A stretch of DNA of 64,000 bases, from contig JAGTQC010000003.1 of NCBI GenBank assembly GCA_018396535.1, forward strand, positions 96,001-160,000, read 5' to 3'. Source of the DNA: Candidatus Bathyarchaeota archaeon. GTDB taxonomy: Archaea; Thermoproteota; CALKCG01; B24; DRYS01. The notes under the pieces were generated by a model. It worked only from the letters and a program-made list of their open reading frames with translations. It searched no databases and had not been told where the DNA came from. Below, piece by piece: positions 58,931-64,000 of the stretch. A program made the translations under genes and the position numbers. Position 1 is the first letter of the stretch, and every line of letters begins with the position of its first letter.

Positions 58931-59608
58931 ATGATAGATGGTAAGAGGATGAAGCCTCTATACCTGTTAGCTCTAATCAAGCTTATAGAGTTGGGTGCTC
59001 ATAGAGGGTTTATCGAGATATCTACAAGAAGACTCGGCTCCACCCTAGGATTAAGCCAGCAATCCGCCTCCCGGCTTCTAAGAAAGTTGGAAGCGGAAGG
59101 ATTAATAGAGAGGAATAGGGAGCTTAGGGGTAGTAGAGTTAAAGTGACTATGGAGGGCTTCGTTCCCCTCATAGATCTCTACAATCTACTCAAGAATATC
59201 TTAGAGAAGCCATCCGCACTAGTGTTTCGTGGTATAGTCTTCTCGGGTCTAGGTGAGGGAGCATACTATGTAAGGATATATTCTAAACTTTTCCTAGAAA
59301 AGCTAGGCTTTATACCGTATCCTGGTACGTTGAATCTTAAACTCAAAAGCCTAGATGATATTAAGGTAGCCAGAAGCATACTTATGTTTCCAGCTATAGA
59401 GATTAAAGGTTTTAGTAACGGTAGTAGAAGCTATGGAGATGTTAAATGCTATAGGGCATATATCAGAAGTGAAGAGGTCTACATAGTATTTCCTGAGAGA
59501 ACGCATTATAGAAACGATGTAGTCGAGGTCATCTCTGCTGAAAATATTCGTGAAAAGCTTAGACTTAGAGACGGTGATATAGTGGATGTTGAAGTCCCGG
59601 TTTCATAA
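58931..59608 (+). CDS. ribK: HTH-fused CTP-dependent riboflavin kinase (RbkR type)
   Basis: N-terminal HTH (SQQSASR), SGLGEGAYY, PYPGTLN, PERTHY. Confidence 0.9.
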   Translation: MIDGKRMKPLYLLALIKLIELGAHRGFIEISTRRLGSTLGLSQQSASRLLRKLEAEGLIERNRELRGSRVKVTMEGFVPLIDLYNLLKNILEKPSALVFRGIVFSGLGEGAYYVRIYSKLFLEKLGFIPYPGTLNLKLKSLDDIKVARSILMFPAIEIKGFSNGSRSYGDVKCYRAYIRSEEVYIVFPERTHYRNDVVEVISAENIREKLRLRDGDIVDVEVPVS

Positions 59609-60260
59609 TATAAATTTAAGTAAGTTTGAAAATGTTCAAAGAGTAATAGCTTCTAAGATAATTCTTTCCGATATGTTCCATAAGCCCTTGAGGAGGGTTG
59701 CTGGTGTAGATGTAAGTTTTAAGAATAATTTCGGTTGCGCTGCTTCAGTTATACTAGATATCCAGGATATGAGTATCGTAGATGTAAGCTATGCTTCAGG
59801 TAAAGTTTCAGTACCATACTACCCCGGCTTTCTAGGTTTTAGAGAAATTCAATTATCGATGAAATCTATTAAGAAGCTGAATGAATGGTTCGATATACTA
59901 CTCTGTAATGGTCATGGTATAGCTCATCCTAGATCGTGTGGGTTAGCATCACATATAGGCGTAGTACTTAACTCACCTACAATAGGTGTAGCTTTAAATC
60001 CTTTAAAGGGGTTTGAATATGAGGAGCCTTCTAAAGATGGAGAATCTAAGCCTATATTCTATTCAGGTAGACATGTTGGCTATATTCTCCGCCATCATGC
60101 AAGATATATCTTCATATCGCCAGGCAATATGGTTTCACTCGACTCTTGCTTAGAGATTGTTAGATCTTGTATGGATGCACATATACTCCCCGAACCCCTA
60201 TATCTTGCCCACGCACTTTCCAAGAAGTACATGAATAGCTTATACCCTGGTTTAACTTGA
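59586..60260 (+). CDS. nfi: endonuclease V family protein
   Basis: AGVDVSF, PYYPGFLGFRE, NGHGIAHPRSCGLASHIG, ISPG, PEPL..AH. Confidence 0.88.
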   Translation: MLKSRFHNINLSKFENVQRVIASKIILSDMFHKPLRRVAGVDVSFKNNFGCAASVILDIQDMSIVDVSYASGKVSVPYYPGFLGFREIQLSMKSIKKLNEWFDILLCNGHGIAHPRSCGLASHIGVVLNSPTIGVALNPLKGFEYEEPSKDGESKPIFYSGRHVGYILRHHARYIFISPGNMVSLDSCLEIVRSCMDAHILPEPLYLAHALSKKYMNSLYPGLT

Positions 60261-60337
60261 ACATGTCAAATATACACGTTTAATATAAAAGTATTTATAT
60301 CAAAGTTGTCTTATAGAATGGTATCTAGTGAAGATAT

Positions 60338-61642
60338 ATGAAGCTTCATGTAAAAATGCTAGCTCTAGCTTTAGCATGTCTTATAGTAGGCGGTGTAGTA
60401 GGTTATGTTATCGGTAGTACCATCGGTGTAGTCCCAATGGTAGAGTATGAGAGGATAAAATCTGCGTACGATGATCTATCAGCAAAATATAATAGGTTAA
60501 TTAGCGACTATAACAATGTTATAGCTGAACTTAATGCTTTGAAGAAACCATTAAAAGTTGGCTTTATATATGTAGGACCTGTTCTCGACTATGGATGGAC
60601 ACGTGCTCATGATGATGCTCGTAAGTATCTAGAACAGATATTCCCATGGATTAAGACTATAGCTGTAGAAAGTGTTCTAGAAGCCGATTGTCCTAGAGTC
60701 ATAGATAGGCTCATATTAGATGAGAAATGCGATGTCGTATTCACGACGAGCTTCGGATTCATGGATGCAACATATGAAGCTGGTGTGAAGTATCCAGATA
60801 AGATATTCTTCCATTGTTCAGGTTATAGGAGGAGAGCGAATGTAGGTACATATTTCGCAGAATTCTATCAGTTATACTATCTTAACGGTCTTATAGCTGG
60901 TGCTTTAACAAAAACTAATAAGATAGGGTATGTAGCAGCTCATCCGATACCTGAAGTCGTTCGTCATATAAACGCTTTCGCTCTAGGTGTTAAGGAAGTT
61001 AACCCTGAAGCTAAAGTTGATGTTAGATGGCTATTCGAATGGTATAATCCATCGAAGGCTAGAGAGGCTGCTGAAGCACTTATATCATGGGGCGCTGATG
61101 TTTTAGCGTTTACAGAGGATTCTCCTACAGTTGTCGAAGTTTGTGAAGAATACACTACTAAGCGTGGTAAACCCGTATACTCCTTTGCTCACTATAGTCC
61201 TATGCTTAAATTTGGGCCAAACTCATGTGTTAGTGGGCAGCTCGTACACTGGGAGGTTATATACGCTGATATTCTTTCGAAGATAAGAGCTGGATACTAT
61301 ACCAATAAGAATCTAGAGAATGTAGATTATTGGTGGATGCTTAGGGAGGGTGCTGTAGAGCTTGGATGCGATTATGGCGTTCCTATAAACCCGAAGTTCA
61401 TACCTATGCTTAAAGAGAAGTATATAGATCACCCAGAGTTCGGTAGGATAAGCATATACGATCTAGTGATGAAGAGATTGGAGCAGATGTCCGAGGATAC
61501 AGTCGTATTCGACCCCTTCACAGGGCCGATCTATGATAATAAGGGTAGGCTTAGAGTTGAGCCTGGGCGTAGAATGACTCATGATGAGTTATGGACTATA
61601 GACTGGTTTGTGGATAATATTATCGCTGAAGTCCCTAGGTGA
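60338..61642 (+). CDS. BMP family ABC substrate-binding protein (nucleoside/purine type) with N-terminal TM and coiled coil
   Basis: KVGFIYVGPV.DYGW..AH, TTSFGFMD, PIPEVVRHINAF. Confidence 0.9.
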   Translation: MKLHVKMLALALACLIVGGVVGYVIGSTIGVVPMVEYERIKSAYDDLSAKYNRLISDYNNVIAELNALKKPLKVGFIYVGPVLDYGWTRAHDDARKYLEQIFPWIKTIAVESVLEADCPRVIDRLILDEKCDVVFTTSFGFMDATYEAGVKYPDKIFFHCSGYRRRANVGTYFAEFYQLYYLNGLIAGALTKTNKIGYVAAHPIPEVVRHINAFALGVKEVNPEAKVDVRWLFEWYNPSKAREAAEALISWGADVLAFTEDSPTVVEVCEEYTTKRGKPVYSFAHYSPMLKFGPNSCVSGQLVHWEVIYADILSKIRAGYYTNKNLENVDYWWMLREGAVELGCDYGVPINPKFIPMLKEKYIDHPEFGRISIYDLVMKRLEQMSEDTVVFDPFTGPIYDNKGRLRVEPGRRMTHDELWTIDWFVDNIIAEVPR

Positions 61643-61688
61643 TCCATACATCCTTCCACTCAACCCTCGTCTTTAAATTTCTTTTTAT

Positions 61689-63185
61689 ATGGTGTCTACG
61701 GATATGATGGAAGAACTAGTAAGGATGGTAGGGATAACGAAACATTTCTCTAATGTAGTTGCTAACGATTCTATAGACTTTACGCTGCATAAAGGTGAAG
61801 TTCACGGACTGCTTGGTGAGAATGGCGCTGGTAAATCAACTCTCATGAATATACTATACGGATTGTATAAACCTGATTCTGGTGAGATCTACTTTGAGGG
61901 AAGGAGGGTTTATATAAATTCACCTAGGGATGCTATAAGGCTTGGTATAGGTAGGGTCCCCCAGATCCCGGAGCTTGTCGAAAGTTTAACCGTAGCCGAG
62001 AATTTAGCGATGCTACTACCAGGTCTTACTATGGGTAGAAGGTTAGATTATGTGAAGGAGGTAGCAGAAAGGTACGGTATCTCACTCGATTTAGATGCTT
62101 TAGTATGTAATCTATCTTTTGGAGAGAAGCATAAGATCGAGCTTATTAAAGGTATAATGAGAGGATCTAAGGTACTCATACTAGATGAATCTACTACTAT
62201 GCTTTCACCTCGAGAAATCGATTCACTCTTCGGTTGTATATCTAAGATGAGGGATGAAGGTAGAGGCATAGTCTTCGTATCGCATAGGATACCTGAAGTC
62301 CTAAGGATAGCTGATAGGATTACCATACTAAGAAAGGGTAGACGTATTGCCTCCGTTATGAGGAATGAAGTGGATGAACATGAACTTGTTAGACTTATGA
62401 TCGGTACGGATATCGATAAGTCTATAGCTAAAGATAAGGTGAGTTTGGGTGAGGAAATACTTCGAGTCGAGGACCTTCACGTACTCGATGACATCGGTGG
62501 AGAAGCTGTTAAAGGCGTAAGCTTCTCTATTAGAAGAGGTGAAATATTCGGTATAGCTGGTGTCGCTGGTAATGGGCAGAGAGAACTTGTAGAAGCTATT
62601 ACAGGTTTGAGAGATATTGAGAAGGGGAGGATTCTTATAAAAGGTAAGGAGCTATCCTCTCCAAGATGCTTCCGTCTATATGGATCGCATATACCAGATG
62701 AACGTATAGGGCTAGGTGTATTACCTTCGCTTACGGTTTTAGAGAATATCGCTTTAATCTTCTACAAAAGTTTCTCGAATAACGGTTTCATTAGGTTTAA
62801 TGATCTAAGATCGTATGCCAGAAGACTTATCGAAACATACGGTGTCGTAACTCCTAGTCTAGAAATCCTAGCGGGTAAACTTTCTGGAGGTAATATAGCG
62901 AGATTAATCTTAGCTAGGGAGCTTTCAGCTGATAAAGATCTAATCGTAGCTTTTCATCCAACTTTCGGTTTAGATGTTGCTTCAGCCAGTATGATTAGGA
63001 GACTTATACTGGAGCTTAGAAGAAAGTCGGCTATACTTCTAGTATCCGAGGATCTAGATGAAATACTTCAACTTAGCGATAGAATAGCCGTTATGTATGG
63101 AGGAAGGTTTATAGGAGTTATGGATTCAGATGAAGTGGATCTTGAGAAGATAGGTTTAATGATGGGTGGTGTTGTAGCTTCATGA
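61689..63185 (+). CDS. CUT2-type ABC ATPase (two NBDs)
   Basis: GENGAGKSTL, GIAGVAGNGQREL, LSGGN, SEDLDE. Confidence 0.92.
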   Translation: MVSTDMMEELVRMVGITKHFSNVVANDSIDFTLHKGEVHGLLGENGAGKSTLMNILYGLYKPDSGEIYFEGRRVYINSPRDAIRLGIGRVPQIPELVESLTVAENLAMLLPGLTMGRRLDYVKEVAERYGISLDLDALVCNLSFGEKHKIELIKGIMRGSKVLILDESTTMLSPREIDSLFGCISKMRDEGRGIVFVSHRIPEVLRIADRITILRKGRRIASVMRNEVDEHELVRLMIGTDIDKSIAKDKVSLGEEILRVEDLHVLDDIGGEAVKGVSFSIRRGEIFGIAGVAGNGQRELVEAITGLRDIEKGRILIKGKELSSPRCFRLYGSHIPDERIGLGVLPSLTVLENIALIFYKSFSNNGFIRFNDLRSYARRLIETYGVVTPSLEILAGKLSGGNIARLILARELSADKDLIVAFHPTFGLDVASASMIRRLILELRRKSAILLVSEDLDEILQLSDRIAVMYGGRFIGVMDSDEVDLEKIGLMMGGVVAS

Positions 63186-64000
63186 AGATTAGGATTACAC
63201 GATATTTAAGAATAGAGAGGAGAGGGGAGCTGGGGTTAATGGGTAGAATACTCATGAAGATTCTAGCTATACTTCTCGCCCTCCTCTTTTCGGCTATGAT
63301 ATTTGCTATAAGCGGGGTTGACCCGTGGTATGCATACACGCTTATATTTGTAAAATCCTTCACATACTCAGGGTTAACCGAGATAGCAACTAAGCTAATC
63401 CCTATACTACTATGTACGGTAGGCCTTACTGTAGCGTTTAAAGCTGGTGTATGGAATATAGGTGCTGAGGGACAGCTACTCCTAGGAGCTATAGGTGCAA
63501 CTTGGATAGCTTTATTCGTAGATGTATACGATCAGCTTCGTCTACCTCTAGCCATACTAGTCGGTATGGTATCTGGGGCTTCATGGGGTCTTATACCCGT
63601 AATATTAAAAGTTAGATTAAACGTAAATGAGGTGGTCTCCACGCTTATGATGAATTATATAGCTAGTGGGATAGTGGATTACCTAGTTTATGGACCGTGG
63701 AAGGGTGCTCGTGAATGGGGATTCCCGTACACAGATAAGTTTCCTGATACAGCTTGGCTTCCACTCATACCAGGTACAAGGATACATTGGCCTACACTTC
63801 TACTTAGCGTACTCTCATCCATACTGGTATACATACTTCTATCTAGGACTGCTCTAGGCTTCGAAATTAAGGTATGTGGTCAGGGTAAGAGAGTTGCAGA
63901 CTATCTAGGTATACCATATGGTAGTAGATTGATAATAGCTATGATCATAAGCGGGGGGTTAGCAGGTTTAGCAGGTGTGGGTGAAGTATGTGGTGTACAT
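63182..64000 (+). CDS. nucleoside-type ABC permease (partial, runs off the window end)
   Basis: ATG 63182 overlaps the ATPase stop; AFKAGVWNIGAEGQ, NEVVSTLMMNY, SGGLAGLAG. Confidence 0.88.
   Translation, partial: MKIRITRYLRIERRGELGLMGRILMKILAILLALLFSAMIFAISGVDPWYAYTLIFVKSFTYSGLTEIATKLIPILLCTVGLTVAFKAGVWNIGAEGQLLLGAIGATWIALFVDVYDQLRLPLAILVGMVSGASWGLIPVILKVRLNVNEVVSTLMMNYIASGIVDYLVYGPWKGAREWGFPYTDKFPDTAWLPLIPGTRIHWPTLLLSVLSSILVYILLSRTALGFEIKVCGQGKRVADYLGIPYGSRLIIAMIISGGLAGLAGVGEVCGVH

Noticed and set aside
191-63363. Numerous 60-160 aa ORFs antisense to or nested in identified genes
   Set aside because: Fully overlap well-supported genes and show shadow-frame composition (Ser/Ile/Leu-rich)

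Overview
64 kb of densely coding archaeal chromosome. It is probably a thermophilic TACK-group lineage such as Bathyarchaeia; this is inferred from Mer, Kae1/Bud32, Dph5, RibL/RbkR, the ATP-dependent ligase, archaeal DnaG, DUF2139 and BRE-TATA promoters. Contents in order: F420-dependent Mer; a Thermotoga-type inositol catabolic operon (iolG-iolM-iolN-iolO); a TIGR00300/ornithine-cyclodeaminase-like gene coupled to an aspartokinase paralog with degenerate active-site motifs; a UroD/MtaA-family gene and a DUF2284 pseudogene; a t6A cluster (kae1, tsaC/sua5, bud32) with a methyltransferase; an Opp/Dpp ABC operon; a xylose-isomerase-like gene; ABCE1; gyaR; thiC; a 14-gene purine operon with an embedded bacterial-type folate module; DNA ligase; dnaG; tyrS; dph5; ribL; ribK; nfi; and a nucleoside-type (BMP) ABC operon running off the end. 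I saw no tRNA, rRNA, CRISPR array or transposase. The strongest signals missing from the ORF track are: (i) a 35-aa Glu/Trp microprotein gene (26 E, 5 W) with its own promoter, SD and terminator directly upstream of ABCE1; (ii) two GC-rich, nested-hairpin intergenic elements that look like ncRNAs; (iii) 55-112 bp nucleotide-identical tracts between otherwise diverged paralogous sequences, suggesting gene conversion.
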